A stretch of DNA of 46,923 nucleotides from Thermodesulfobacteriota bacterium (GTDB lineage Bacteria > Desulfobacterota > Desulfobulbia > Desulfobulbales > SURF-16), in NCBI GenBank assembly GCA_040755455.1, contig JBFMAY010000030.1, positions 1 to 46,923 on the forward strand, read 5' to 3'. Shown here in pieces: positions 34,447 through 45,756 of the stretch; the stretch's first letter is position 1; the number at the start of each line of letters is the position of its first letter. The translations under genes and the position numbers were made by a program. The notes beneath the pieces were generated by a model. It was not told the origin of the DNA. It did not search any database and saw nothing but the letters and a program-made list of their open reading frames with translations.

Positions 34447-35382
34447 TCAACCTGATACCATTGCAATATACTGATCGTAATCTCTGATATAATCTTCCGC
34501 ATCATACTTTTCCGAAGCGAGCACCAGCAATACGGCGTCCTGGGTATACTTATACTGGATACTCCAGATCAGCGGCGGGATATGCAGGCCGATATTGGCT
34601 GAGTCAAGCAGGATTTCCTCGATGTTTCTGCCATCATCAACCACCACCGAACAGGCCCCCTTCACGCAGACCAGAAACTGATGCAGTTTCTTGTGGGCAT
34701 GTTCACCGCGAATTTCTTTGGATGGCACGTTATAGACCATGAAAAAACGTTGCGGTATAAAGGGCAGCAGCTGACCGTATTCGGCAAAGGTGAGACTGCC
34801 CCGCAGGTCGGTAATCAAGGGCAGTGAATAAATGGTGACTCCCTTTACCACAGTACCGGGTACCGTCTTGCCTTCTCCAGGAGTAATAACGGCTGACGAT
34901 GAACGTTGCGTTTTCGATGGAGTTGCATAGGCGGTGATGCGGGCAGGATTGCCGGTTACGATGGCATGGGGAGGGACGTCTTTGGTCACCACTGCTCCCG
35001 CTCCGATCATGGCGTCTTTGCCGATGGTGATGCCGGCAAGAATGGTGGCGTTCGCCCCGATGGATGCCCCTTGGCCGATTACCGTTCTGGAAAATTTTTC
35101 AGGATACTGTTTGCTGCGCGGGAAAAGATCATTGGTCAGCGTAACGTTCGGGCCGATAAACACGTCATCTTCTATGGTGATGCCGTCCCATACCTGGACC
35201 CCGCATTTGATGGTGACCCTGTCGCCGATCCTGACATCGTTTTCAATGAACACATGATCGCATATATTGCAGTCCCGGCCGATGCGGGCCCCGGGCAGAA
35301 CATGGACAAATGCCCATATTCTCGTTTCATCGCCGATAAACTGAGATTCGACGATGGACTGCGGATGTTTGAAATATCCCAT
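34447..35382 (-). CDS. wxcM: WxcM-like bifunctional N-acetyltransferase (LbH) / dTDP-4-keto-6-deoxyglucose 3,4-ketoisomerase (cupin)
   Basis: N-terminal TRIWAFVHVLPGARIGRDCNICDHVFIENDV...TNDLFPRSK; C-terminal DLRGSL, RGEHAHKKLHQFLVC, LLVLASEKYDAEDYIRDY. Confidence 0.88.
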   Translation of the reverse strand: MGYFKHPQSIVESQFIGDETRIWAFVHVLPGARIGRDCNICDHVFIENDVRIGDRVTIKCGVQVWDGITIEDDVFIGPNVTLTNDLFPRSKQYPEKFSRTVIGQGASIGANATILAGITIGKDAMIGAGAVVTKDVPPHAIVTGNPARITAYATPSKTQRSSSAVITPGEGKTVPGTVVKGVTIYSLPLITDLRGSLTFAEYGQLLPFIPQRFFMVYNVPSKEIRGEHAHKKLHQFLVCVKGACSVVVDDGRNIEEILLDSANIGLHIPPLIWSIQYKYTQDAVLLVLASEKYDAEDYIRDYDQYIAMVSG

Positions 35383-35437
35383 GTGGCGTGCCGGTTCTCT
35401 CTTTGATTGTATTGGAAAAGGGACAGGCCCTTCTTCT

Positions 35438-36358
35438 TTAATCGATCGTTCCACGTAAACGTAACATCAATAAATGCCACAACAGTCGCATATCCCGCCA
35501 GCAATATTTCAAGGCGCCGGCAAATATTTTCTTTTCCAGCTCGGAAGGACTGCTGGTTTTGCTGAGGTATCTCCCCAAAAGAAGATACTGTCTGGTCAGC
35601 TGATACCGTATCAGTTTTCTGTAAGGAGTAAGTTGCGGGACCTCTTCAAGATATTTGCGATAGAGCTGCACCTTGTCCGCCCGGGCAACATGCGGATTGG
35701 TCCGGGAGGAATTTGTCTGATGCTGCCTGAGACAGTAAACAGGAACATCAATGAATCTGATCGGCCCGGCCAGATAAAGGAGCAGCTGCGGGTCAAGATC
35801 CTCGCAATACTGGTACCTCTCGTCAAACCCGCCGATGTTCCTGAATATTTCTGTCCTGGCCATAAGGGTATGAATCGGCAGATTGACTCCTTTGATGAAC
35901 TCCGGAATGGGATCAGCCATTTCAAAAAGGCGGCGCCGCTTGGCGTCCATGACCCGCTGGTCGGAAACCCTGTCTCCGGTTAACTGGAGGGCATCTCCGA
36001 ATACGGCTACACAATCAGGATTTTCCAGCAGATATGAGGCCCGGCAGGACAGGCTGCCGGGAGTGAGATAATCGTCAGAGGCAAGAAGACAGAAAAATTC
36101 TCCTTCAGCAATTGCCAACCCCTCGTTGACTGTTTTTATGAGTCCCTTATTCGGCCTGGCAATAAAACGAAAACCTCCATGTTCCCGGTAAAAATCAGCC
36201 AGTATCTGCGGGCTGCTGTCCGTTGATCCGTCATCAATGACAATGAGATCAATGTGGGGCCAATCCTGCTGCACAACACTTTCTACAGCATTCAGCACAA
36301 AGGCCTGATGGTTGTAAGATGGTATGACGACGGATATTTTTTTGTTTTTAATCTTCAA
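35438..36358 (-). CDS. Glycosyltransferase family 2
   Basis: ISVVIPSYNH, VIDDGSTD, LASDDYL, GGFDERYQYCEDLD. Confidence 0.9.
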   Translation of the reverse strand: MKIKNKKISVVIPSYNHQAFVLNAVESVVQQDWPHIDLIVIDDGSTDSSPQILADFYREHGGFRFIARPNKGLIKTVNEGLAIAEGEFFCLLASDDYLTPGSLSCRASYLLENPDCVAVFGDALQLTGDRVSDQRVMDAKRRRLFEMADPIPEFIKGVNLPIHTLMARTEIFRNIGGFDERYQYCEDLDPQLLLYLAGPIRFIDVPVYCLRQHQTNSSRTNPHVARADKVQLYRKYLEEVPQLTPYRKLIRYQLTRQYLLLGRYLSKTSSPSELEKKIFAGALKYCWRDMRLLWHLLMLRLRGTID

Positions 36359-36496
36359 TGTCTTTTCAGAATGGATATCATGAAATTATGCCATTTCCGC
36401 CTCTATGCAGCAAAAGAGCAAAAGTATCTCCCCTGAATATCCATAGGGAACACCTTTGAGATAACGCACAGGTAGAAGTAATTCAACACTTTTAGT

Positions 36497-38101
36497 TTAT
36501 GGCGAATTGCGTGGCGATTTATGTTTATGAAGAGGTTTTCCCTTCTTACGCCAGACAGCAACCACCAAATTTTTTTTATCATCCGGATCGGTAAATACTT
36601 TAGTAGAAAATACCTTTGCTTCAAGCAGAGTGTCCATTAAGGAAATATCATTTTCATTACGTCTGCTGAGCAGCAAGACTGCCACGATCGATTCTTTGCT
36701 TCTTTTGATGACTCTCAAAACCTTCCGCTTATTTTTAGGACCGATCTTCCTGGCATCCTTTCGGTCAAGAAACCAGGCCATCGTTCGCATATTGACCCAG
36801 ACCTGCCAATCTTTCCCATCGCGAAGAAGCTGGTCGTTAACCCAACGACATGAATCCCTGATAACAGGAATGTCGGTATTAAAATCCATGGAAGCAGTCT
36901 TGTAGGCAAACGGGAGCGTCAGCAAAAGACCCATCAGTATGATGACATTCGTCTTTTCCAGAACAAACCCGATTCTGCCCTTTTCCGACAGATAACCGGC
37001 AACAGAAGAGAATGCCCCCCCGCAAAAAAACAGCCAGACAACCGCAGGGAAAAGCATGACTCTTCCTTCGATTGAGCCGGAATACAGATATTTTGCCAGA
37101 ATCAGCAGCATGTTCGCCATAAAAACTGCCGGCAGCAGCAAGCCGATTCTGTGAACCCGCCCAACCTCCTTCATGCCGAAGATGCCAAGCAGAAGAAGCA
37201 GCCAGTTGAGATTGCTTTCAAACATGCGCAACATGCCGATTCCATAAATCCATTGCCAATTGCGCTCGATAACCTGCCAGAAATTATTGCCGAACCCTGA
37301 TGGCACGCTGGTATGGGCAAGTTCATCAAGTTTGCCGAGGTAATAGGCCACGGAAGGAGGTGTCGTGCTGAATTTCTGGAGAATAGCCGACACCTGATCT
37401 AATCTGAGCAGATCACGGCCTGTGGCAGAAATACTGAAAACGCAGAGAAGGCCGGCAAAAATACCTGCCGTTACTACCATGGCCCACATCCTGCCGCGGC
37501 TATCAAACCGGCCTATAAACCCTGCAAAACTCCAGCCCACTATCACCAGGGACACAACAATCCCTTCCACCCGCAAGAAAGGCAGACAGACTGAAAACAG
37601 GACAACGGCAATGAACCATTTCAATTCCTTTCTTTCTGCAAAACAAACGGCAAAATAAACACTGTAGAGTGCCAAACAGAGATAGAGAGGATCACGCAGG
37701 GCGGCAAAGGCAATGGAATTATATTCCGGCAGCAGCACAAAGACCATGGTGATGATAATGGCGGGCCAGCCCGGAGAAAATCTTCCGGCAAGACTGAAAA
37801 AAGGGAACAGGGCAAGACACGAGGCAATCACCGAAATGGTACGGCCGGCGGCAAGCCAGTCAAGACCCAGTTTGTGAACGCACATCACCAGAAAGGGATA
37901 AAACAGCATGGGATAGGCCTTGGTCGCCCCGGCTATATCCCCCTGTGCCAATGCCTGGGCGGACCAGAGATACACCGGCGCGTCAGGATGAATCATGACT
38001 CCCTGCAACAATGGCAGAATCTTGACAAAAAGATTTGTCAGCAAGAGAAAGACCAGCCAGCCGGGCCAGTCAGGGGATAGCTTATCCTGGAAACGGGTCA
38101 T
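36497..38101 (-). CDS. Polytopic GT-C-fold membrane glycosyltransferase (ArnT/PMT-like)
   Basis: First loop HPDAPVYLWSA, YPMLFYPFL, GRTISVIAS, ALRDPLYL, LRVEG; many TM segments and a soluble C-terminal domain; start MTRFQ at 38101. Confidence 0.7.
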   Translation of the reverse strand: MTRFQDKLSPDWPGWLVFLLLTNLFVKILPLLQGVMIHPDAPVYLWSAQALAQGDIAGATKAYPMLFYPFLVMCVHKLGLDWLAAGRTISVIASCLALFPFFSLAGRFSPGWPAIIITMVFVLLPEYNSIAFAALRDPLYLCLALYSVYFAVCFAERKELKWFIAVVLFSVCLPFLRVEGIVVSLVIVGWSFAGFIGRFDSRGRMWAMVVTAGIFAGLLCVFSISATGRDLLRLDQVSAILQKFSTTPPSVAYYLGKLDELAHTSVPSGFGNNFWQVIERNWQWIYGIGMLRMFESNLNWLLLLLGIFGMKEVGRVHRIGLLLPAVFMANMLLILAKYLYSGSIEGRVMLFPAVVWLFFCGGAFSSVAGYLSEKGRIGFVLEKTNVIILMGLLLTLPFAYKTASMDFNTDIPVIRDSCRWVNDQLLRDGKDWQVWVNMRTMAWFLDRKDARKIGPKNKRKVLRVIKRSKESIVAVLLLSRRNENDISLMDTLLEAKVFSTKVFTDPDDKKNLVVAVWRKKGKPLHKHKSPRNSP

Positions 38102-38108
38102 ATCAGTT

Positions 38109-38999
38109 TTATTTTCGTCCCCATTTGAGCAGGTGCCACAGCAGCCTGATATCATGCAGGGCATAGCCCCAGGCATTATGAAAAATTCGGCGTTCATAGT
38201 CATTGCCGCCGCCGGTGCTGCTGAGATGCCTGCCGAGGGCGAGATATGATCTGCGCAGCTGATAGCGAATCAGAGTTGCGTAGGATGCCAGCGCGGGGTT
38301 GCGCAATAATTTTTCATAACAGAGGATCTTGTCTGTTCTGATCGTGGCTGTTGTTGAGGAGACGTTGGTCGCATGTTCCCGCCTATAGAGGACAGGTTCG
38401 TCCAGAAAGCCCACCTTGCCCTGCAGACACAACAGCACCGGCATCTCCAGGTCCTCATAACATCGATATTGCGGGTCAAATCTGCCGATCTTCCGCAAGA
38501 TTTCCGTCCGGAACATGCCGGTGGAAAAAATCGGCAGAACCCCTTGCAACATCGGGGGCAGCGGATCAGGCTGCCGGAAAAGAGACCGCCTTTTATCATC
38601 CAGCACACAGGTGCCGGTTTCCGTCTCACCATTAACCAAAATGGCGTCAGCAAAAAGGGCCACATGGTCCTGATGATTCGTAAAAAAATGGACGCGTTTC
38701 TCGATGCTGTCACGGCAGAGGAAATCATCGGAAGCCAACTCGCAGAAATACTGCCCCTGAGCCATTTCAAGGCCGTGATTTAATGAATTGATTAACCCCC
38801 GGTTCTGCGGCTGCCGGACAAAACGGAATCCCCCTCTTTCAGCATGCATCTTGCTGATCACCGCGGCGCTGCCATCGGTAGAGGCATCATCAATCACGAT
38901 GAGATCAATCTCGGCCCAGGTCTGGTCAAGCACACTGGTAATGGCTTGAGCGATATACTGCTGATGGTTGTAAGAAGGTATAATGACGGAAACGATCAT
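38109..38999 (-). CDS. Glycosyltransferase family 2 (paralog of 35438-36358)
   Basis: VSVIIPSYNH, VIDDASTD, LASDDFL, GRFDPQYRCYEDLE. Confidence 0.9.
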   Translation of the reverse strand: MIVSVIIPSYNHQQYIAQAITSVLDQTWAEIDLIVIDDASTDGSAAVISKMHAERGGFRFVRQPQNRGLINSLNHGLEMAQGQYFCELASDDFLCRDSIEKRVHFFTNHQDHVALFADAILVNGETETGTCVLDDKRRSLFRQPDPLPPMLQGVLPIFSTGMFRTEILRKIGRFDPQYRCYEDLEMPVLLCLQGKVGFLDEPVLYRREHATNVSSTTATIRTDKILCYEKLLRNPALASYATLIRYQLRRSYLALGRHLSSTGGGNDYERRIFHNAWGYALHDIRLLWHLLKWGRK

Positions 39000-39014
39000 T
39001 TGGGATAAACGCCG

Positions 39015-40178
39015 TTAAGAAAATGAAGACCTGCAGAAATTCATCATGAGGTCCTGATATATGGAATCCATCCGGATAATCATGCGATTGCCGTCAAACA
39101 ACCGTGCCTGCTGTTTTATGCCTGCAATCGCCTGACTTCTCTGTAATTCCGACCATGCCATGACCTGTTCCATGGCTGCTCCCAACTCTTTCTCATTCTC
39201 GGGTGCGACAAGAAACCCCTGCCCCTTGTTGTCCAGGTTCATTAAAATCTCCGGGATTCCGCCAACCCGGCTGGCCACCACCGGCAGTCCGGCCGCCAGC
39301 GCTTCCAGAACGGCCAGCGGGAATCCTTCATGGCGGGAAGGCATGGCAAAGCCGTCCAGTGCCGCCAGAAACTTCGGGATATCGGCAACATGCCCCAATA
39401 AGGAGATCTCATCCGCAATGCCAAGTTCCCGGGCCAGCTCAGCCAGCTCTTCACGCAACTTTCCTTGCCCGGCTATGGCCAGATGCCCCCCGCGTTTACC
39501 TATTTCAGCTGCGGCCCATGCCTTGAGCAGGACGTCATGGCCCTTGACCGGGGCCAGTCTGCCCACCGCCCCCCAGAGCCAGCATGGTGAAGGCAACCCG
39601 AAAAAAGCACGGCTTGTCGTTTTATCCAGGTCATTTCTGCCGAAAACGGCAAGATCGATACCGTTATACACGACTTCAACCTTGCTGGCCGGCAACCAGG
39701 GGTTTGCCTGCAGAATATCGCTCTTCACCGCCTCGGAAACCGCTATTATCCTGTTAATCCGGGGCCAGAGCAACCTGTTGGCGATTTTACGGAAAAGAGA
39801 GCGGGAACGGTTCAGTCCATGCACCGTTGTGATCAGGCCCACCCTGCTGTTTTTCCGGGCCGCTAAGGCGGCGTAAAATACGGACTTGTGCCGCTGGGCA
39901 TGAATGATATCCACCCCCTCTGCTTTGATGATCTGGTCCAGCCTCCTGACGACCTGATATCTGAACATCCGGAGATCCTTTTTGTCAAAGGGAAGCCATA
40001 TGACATCATGACCGGCCTGAGCAAGGGTCTCATTGTCTGCCGGTGGTCCGGTCAGATAGCAGATAATATGCCGGTATCCTTCCTGCAGGCCATGAACAAT
40101 CTGGTTAAATAAAGGATAATCCCCCTTAAAGCTGCTCCATATGTGGAGAATGGTGATTTTCCCGCCCCTGTCCGTCAT
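39015..40178 (-). CDS. Glycosyltransferase family 4
   Basis: DIIHAQ, TTVHG, VVYNGID, VGRLAPVKGHD, PSRHEGFPLAVLEALAAGLPVVASRVGGIPE. Confidence 0.92.
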   Translation of the reverse strand: MTDRGGKITILHIWSSFKGDYPLFNQIVHGLQEGYRHIICYLTGPPADNETLAQAGHDVIWLPFDKKDLRMFRYQVVRRLDQIIKAEGVDIIHAQRHKSVFYAALAARKNSRVGLITTVHGLNRSRSLFRKIANRLLWPRINRIIAVSEAVKSDILQANPWLPASKVEVVYNGIDLAVFGRNDLDKTTSRAFFGLPSPCWLWGAVGRLAPVKGHDVLLKAWAAAEIGKRGGHLAIAGQGKLREELAELARELGIADEISLLGHVADIPKFLAALDGFAMPSRHEGFPLAVLEALAAGLPVVASRVGGIPEILMNLDNKGQGFLVAPENEKELGAAMEQVMAWSELQRSQAIAGIKQQARLFDGNRMIIRMDSIYQDLMMNFCRSSFS

Positions 40179-40199
40179 TTATGATTTCCCCGGCAAAGC

Positions 40200-41951
40200 T
40201 CAGCAGGACTCTGTCTTTTTTTCACTGTAGGAAAGGTAGAGTTCTTTATAGATCTCCGATTTCTCCAGCAACTCCTCATGGCTGCCCTGGGAGATGATCC
40301 GGCCATGATCCATGACGAGAATCCGATCAGCATTGCGGATGGTGGAAAGACGATGGGCCACGACGATGGTGGTTCTGTCATGCATCAATCTTTCCAGGGC
40401 TTTCTGCACAAGGGCCTCTGACACGGTATCAAGTGCCGATGTTGCCTCATCCAGTATGAGGATAGGAGGATTTTTCAGAATGGCCCTGGCAATGGCGATT
40501 CTCTGCCGCTGCCCGCCCGAGAGATTGAGGCCTCTCTCTCCGAGCATGGTATCATAACCCTCAGGGAATTCCGCGATAAAGTCATGAGCAAATGCCAGAC
40601 GCGCCGCTTTCTCAACCTCGCTGTCCTGAGCATCGGGAGAACCGAAGGCAATGTTTTCCTTGATCGTATCATTAAAAAGCACGATATCCTGGCTGACCAG
40701 TCCGATCAATTTCCGTAAATCCCGCAGCCTGACACTGCGCAGATCATGCCCGTCAATAAGGATACTGCCCTCGGAGGGATCATAATACCGGGGCAGCAGA
40801 TCAATAAACGACGTCTTGCCGGCCCCGCTCGGTCCGACAATCGCCACCACATCGCCCTTCCGGATAGTCAGGTTGATGCCCTGTAAAACAAACTCGCCAT
40901 TCTCTCTATATCTGTGTGAAACATTATCATAACGGATCTCCTTCTGAAAGGCCGGCAGCGGAATATCGCCGCTTTTTTCCACTTCCATTGTTTCAAGCCA
41001 CCAGATACGATCAGTGGCAGCCATAATTTCATGGAAAACCGCATAGGATCTCCCCACCTGTTTGACAGGGTTGAATATCATCACCACGGCGCCGAGGGAG
41101 GAAAAAAGATCGCCGCTGGTAATAACCCCTTTGACCACCAGGTTCCCTCCATACCAGATAACGATGGCCACCCCGATACCGGTGGAGATATCAACAATCA
41201 GTTTGGCTACCTCCTTATAGCGGATAATTTTTGTCTCCTGGCTGTAATTGGATTGACTGGTCTTCCTGAAATGGGCCGCCTGTCCATCCTCATTGACAAA
41301 AATCTTCACCACCTTGGCGCCGATGGAGGCTTCACTGATGAAATGGGTCAAAGTGGCAACGGTCTGCTGGGCCTGACTGCGTTTGGACTTGACCTTCCGG
41401 GCAACCCGGTTGGCGGCACTGATGATCAAAGGCAGACCAACAAGGGCCAACAGGGTAATATCCCACCGCCGGTAAAAGGCCACCGCCAGCAAGACAATAA
41501 TGGTGGGTATTTCCTTGAAAACGGTCAGCAGCGTATCACTCACCAGGCCCTGGGCCAGGGCGGTGTCAGTCAGGATACGGGAGATCATCTTACCGGATGA
41601 TTCCTTCCCGAGAGACGATACCGGCAGGTGCAGCAGATGATTATAAAGACGGATGCGCAGATCCCTCACCAGCTTGATGCCTGAGGAGCGCATCAGATAG
41701 CTGTAGATCATTTCACAGGTGCCGCGGAGCGCATAGAGGAGCATGATCACCGCCGGCAGCCAGACCAGCATGGAGTATTTATTTTCAACAAAAATTGAAT
41801 CGATGACCGGTTTCACCAGCCAGGCGATTGCGCCGCTCGCCCCTGATGAGGCGACGCTGAATAACAGCGCTGCCAGCACTCTGCCGTAATACGGCCGGAC
41901 AAGTCCGATAATTTTTTGATCAAATAAACTGGATAAGGATAATTTAGCCAT
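40200..41951 (-). CDS. msbA: MsbA-like ABC exporter (TMD-NBD), probable lipid A-core or lipid-linked glycan flippase
   Basis: N-terminal TM domain, Walker A GPSGAGKT, Q-loop VSQD, LSGGQRQRIAIARA, LILDEATSALD, VAHRLST; located in an LPS cluster. Confidence 0.8.
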   Translation of the reverse strand: MAKLSLSSLFDQKIIGLVRPYYGRVLAALLFSVASSGASGAIAWLVKPVIDSIFVENKYSMLVWLPAVIMLLYALRGTCEMIYSYLMRSSGIKLVRDLRIRLYNHLLHLPVSSLGKESSGKMISRILTDTALAQGLVSDTLLTVFKEIPTIIVLLAVAFYRRWDITLLALVGLPLIISAANRVARKVKSKRSQAQQTVATLTHFISEASIGAKVVKIFVNEDGQAAHFRKTSQSNYSQETKIIRYKEVAKLIVDISTGIGVAIVIWYGGNLVVKGVITSGDLFSSLGAVVMIFNPVKQVGRSYAVFHEIMAATDRIWWLETMEVEKSGDIPLPAFQKEIRYDNVSHRYRENGEFVLQGINLTIRKGDVVAIVGPSGAGKTSFIDLLPRYYDPSEGSILIDGHDLRSVRLRDLRKLIGLVSQDIVLFNDTIKENIAFGSPDAQDSEVEKAARLAFAHDFIAEFPEGYDTMLGERGLNLSGGQRQRIAIARAILKNPPILILDEATSALDTVSEALVQKALERLMHDRTTIVVAHRLSTIRNADRILVMDHGRIISQGSHEELLEKSEIYKELYLSYSEKKTESC

Positions 41952-42130
41952 TCACACAATTGAAAAAATAAATAAAATATGTTGTGCCCGATATGCGCTT
42001 AAATTGATAAAGCCGCAAAAGAGCAAATTAATTATTTTACTCTTCCTGGACGATTTAAGCAACATATTGTATAGTTAAGAATTTGTGCAACTCATACCTG
42101 GCAATACTTCCTTGATATTGATGAGAACAG

Positions 42131-43213
42131 ATGGATAACCACAGCATAACAGACAATATCCTGGTGACCGGGGGAGCCGGATTCATCGGAGCCAATTTCA
42201 TCCACTTCATACTGAAAAACCGTCCTCATCTGCAGGTAATCAATCTCGATGCCCTGACCTATGCCGGGAACATGTCCAGTCTTGCCGTGCTGCCGATTGA
42301 GCACCGCAACCGTCATGTCTTTGTGCACGGCGATATCCGCGATGCAGATCTGCTTACCGGACTCTTCAGCAGATATTCATTTAAAGGCGTTATCCATTTC
42401 GCGGCGGAATCACACGTTGACCGTTCAATTCAGGGGCCAAAAGTCTTTGTTGACACCAATGTCGGCGGAACCTGCGCCCTTTTGCAGGCAAGCCTCGATT
42501 CCTGGGAACGACGGGGCAGACCTGCGGATTTCCGTTTCCATCATGTTTCCACCGATGAGGTATACGGCAGCCTGGGACCGGTTGGCGCTTTCACCGAGAA
42601 GAGCCCCTATGCCCCCTCCAGCCCTTATTCCGCCTCCAAGGCAGCCTCTGATCATTTTGTCCGGGCTTACGGGAAAACATATGGTCTGCCATTTGTCATT
42701 ACCAACTGTTCCAATAATTTCGGTCCGTTTCAGTTTCCTGAAAAACTTATTCCGCTTATTATATGCAATATTCTGGCGGAAAAACCGTTGCCGATATATG
42801 GTGACGGCAGCAACGTCCGGGATTGGCTTTATGTTCTTGACCACTGCGCAGCCCTCCTCCGGGTCTTTGAGGAGGGAACAGGGGGACAAACCTACAATAT
42901 CGGTGGAGGAGCTGAACGGCCGAATCTTGACATAGCAAGACAACTGTGTAGAATCATGGACGAAAAGCTGGGAAGGGCCCCAGGCAGCTCTGAATCGCTG
43001 ATCACCTTTGTCAAAGACCGTCCGGGCCATGACTTCCGCTATGCCATTGACGCAGCAAAAATAAACAGAGAACTGGGCTGGAAACCGCGATACTCTTTTG
43101 AAGAGGCCATAAACGGAACCGTTGACTGGTATCTGGCCAATATGGCATGGGTCGATTCCGTCCGCTCCGGCGCATATCGCCAATGGCTGGAATTCAACTA
43201 CGAAAAGAGGTAA
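42131..43213 (+). CDS. rfbB: dTDP-glucose 4,6-dehydratase
   Basis: [61 protein letters not shown]. Confidence 0.97.
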   Translation: MDNHSITDNILVTGGAGFIGANFIHFILKNRPHLQVINLDALTYAGNMSSLAVLPIEHRNRHVFVHGDIRDADLLTGLFSRYSFKGVIHFAAESHVDRSIQGPKVFVDTNVGGTCALLQASLDSWERRGRPADFRFHHVSTDEVYGSLGPVGAFTEKSPYAPSSPYSASKAASDHFVRAYGKTYGLPFVITNCSNNFGPFQFPEKLIPLIICNILAEKPLPIYGDGSNVRDWLYVLDHCAALLRVFEEGTGGQTYNIGGGAERPNLDIARQLCRIMDEKLGRAPGSSESLITFVKDRPGHDFRYAIDAAKINRELGWKPRYSFEEAINGTVDWYLANMAWVDSVRSGAYRQWLEFNYEKR

Positions 43214-43214
43214 A

Positions 43215-44088
<874 letters not shown>

Positions 44089-44102
<14 letters not shown>

Positions 44103-44646
44103 AACGGAACTTCCGGGAGTGGTAATAATTGAACCTCGCTTGTTTGAGGATGAACGAGGTTTTTTCATGGAAACATACCATAAAGAAAAATATGCCCAAC
44201 TCGGTATAACGGTTGAATTTGTTCAGGACAATTTCTCCTTTTCCAGGAAAAACAGCCTGCGAGGTCTCCACTACCAACACCCCCATGGCCAGGCAAAACT
44301 TGTCCATGTTGTCCAGGGAGCGGTGTTTGACGTGGCGGTCGATATCAGAATCGGCTCGCCAACCTTCGGCAAATGGACAGGCGTCGAACTTTCCCATGCA
44401 AACAAAAGGCAGATCTTCATCCCGCCGGGGTTTGCCCACGGCTTTGTCGTGTTAAGCGACAACGCATCTTTTGTTTATAAATGCAGTGATTTTTATCTTC
44501 CCGACTGTGAGGGAGGGATCATCTTTTCCGATCCCCAACTTGCTATCAGCTGGCCGGGCAATAATTTTCTGCTCTCGCCCAAGGATCGGCAATTCCCCGT
44601 TCTGCAGGATATCCCCCCCGAAAACCTGCCCCGCTATACCGGATGA
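44089..44646 (+). CDS. rfbC: dTDP-4-dehydrorhamnose 3,5-epimerase
   Basis: [42 protein letters not shown]. Confidence 0.96.
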
Positions 44647-44650
44647 ACAC

Positions 44651-45529
44651 ATGAATATTCTTGTAACCGGCATAAACGGCCAGGTTGGCTGGGAACTGCT
44701 GCGCAAAGGCCCCCTCCATGGCTGCCGGATTATCGGCTTTGACCGCAACGCTCTTGATATTACCGACAGTCAGGCCGTTTTCCGGGAAATAGGGGGAAAT
44801 TCTCCTGATCTGGTGATCAATTGCGGCGCCTATACAGCGGTTAACAAGGCTGAAGAGGAAGAGGAAAAGGCCTGGGCGGTAAACAGGGATGGGCCGGCAT
44901 GGCTGGCTGCAGCCTGCGACCGGCAGCACATACCGCTTATTCATCTCTCCACTGATTATGTTTTTAACGGCCGGGCAAGCCGGCCCTATGCGGAAACATC
45001 ACCCACTGCCCCCCTCGGCATCTACGGCCTGAGCAAGGCCGCCGGGGAAGAGGAGGTGCGGGCAAAACTTGCGAACCATCTCATTATCCGCACCTCATGG
45101 GTTTACGGCATCCACGGCCGCAACTTTGTCAAAACCATATTGCGCCTGGGGCAGGAGAAAGAGGAGCTGAGAGTGATCGATGATCAACGGGGCAGCCCCA
45201 CCTTTGCCGGCGACCTGGCTCTGGCCCTGCTGGCCATGGCAAAAAAAATCCACGCCGGACAAACGAACTGCTGGGGAACCTATCACTGTTGCGGGGCAAC
45301 TGATGTGACCTGGTATGAATTCGCCACCCTCATCTTAGATCTTGCAAGAAAAATTCATCCCGTTAAAGTAACGAAGATTATACCGATCACCAGTGAAGAA
45401 TTCCCGACAGCCGCACCCAGGCCGAAATACTCTGTGCTGGATTGTCGGAAAGTGTACAGTGTCTTCGGGGTTCAGCTGCCGGATCTGGTCAGCGGTCTTG
45501 AAACATTTTTTTCCGATCAGGAAAAATGA
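44651..45529 (+). CDS. rfbD: dTDP-4-dehydrorhamnose reductase
   Basis: VTGINGQVG, NCGAYTAV, HLSTDYVF, YGLSKAAGE, RTSWVYG, DDQRGSPT, PTAAPRP. Confidence 0.95.
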   Translation: MNILVTGINGQVGWELLRKGPLHGCRIIGFDRNALDITDSQAVFREIGGNSPDLVINCGAYTAVNKAEEEEEKAWAVNRDGPAWLAAACDRQHIPLIHLSTDYVFNGRASRPYAETSPTAPLGIYGLSKAAGEEEVRAKLANHLIIRTSWVYGIHGRNFVKTILRLGQEKEELRVIDDQRGSPTFAGDLALALLAMAKKIHAGQTNCWGTYHCCGATDVTWYEFATLILDLARKIHPVKVTKIIPITSEEFPTAAPRPKYSVLDCRKVYSVFGVQLPDLVSGLETFFSDQEK

Positions 45530-45575
45530 TTCACAAGGTGCTTCATGCATCCACTATTTTTTTAAGGGGTAACCA

Positions 45576-45749
45576 ATGATCAAAAAAGAGCTGCTCGACA
45601 TTCTCGCCTGCCCGAAATGCAAGGGGCCCGTTGAACTTAACGACAAGGGCAACGGCCTGGTCTGTCGCACCTGCAAACTGGTTTACGAAATAAAGGACGA
45701 CATTCCCATCATGCTGATAGATGAGGCCAAGCCCCTGGAAGAGGGGTGA
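45576..45749 (+). CDS. Trm112/YcaR family small protein (57 aa)
   Basis: Below the ORF-track cutoff; hand translation MIKKELLDILACPKCKGPVELNDKGNGLVCRTCKLVYEIKDDIPIMLIDEAKPLEEG; SD AAGGGG. Confidence 0.92.
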   Translation: MIKKELLDILACPKCKGPVELNDKGNGLVCRTCKLVYEIKDDIPIMLIDEAKPLEEG

Positions 45750-45756
45750 TCGCACC

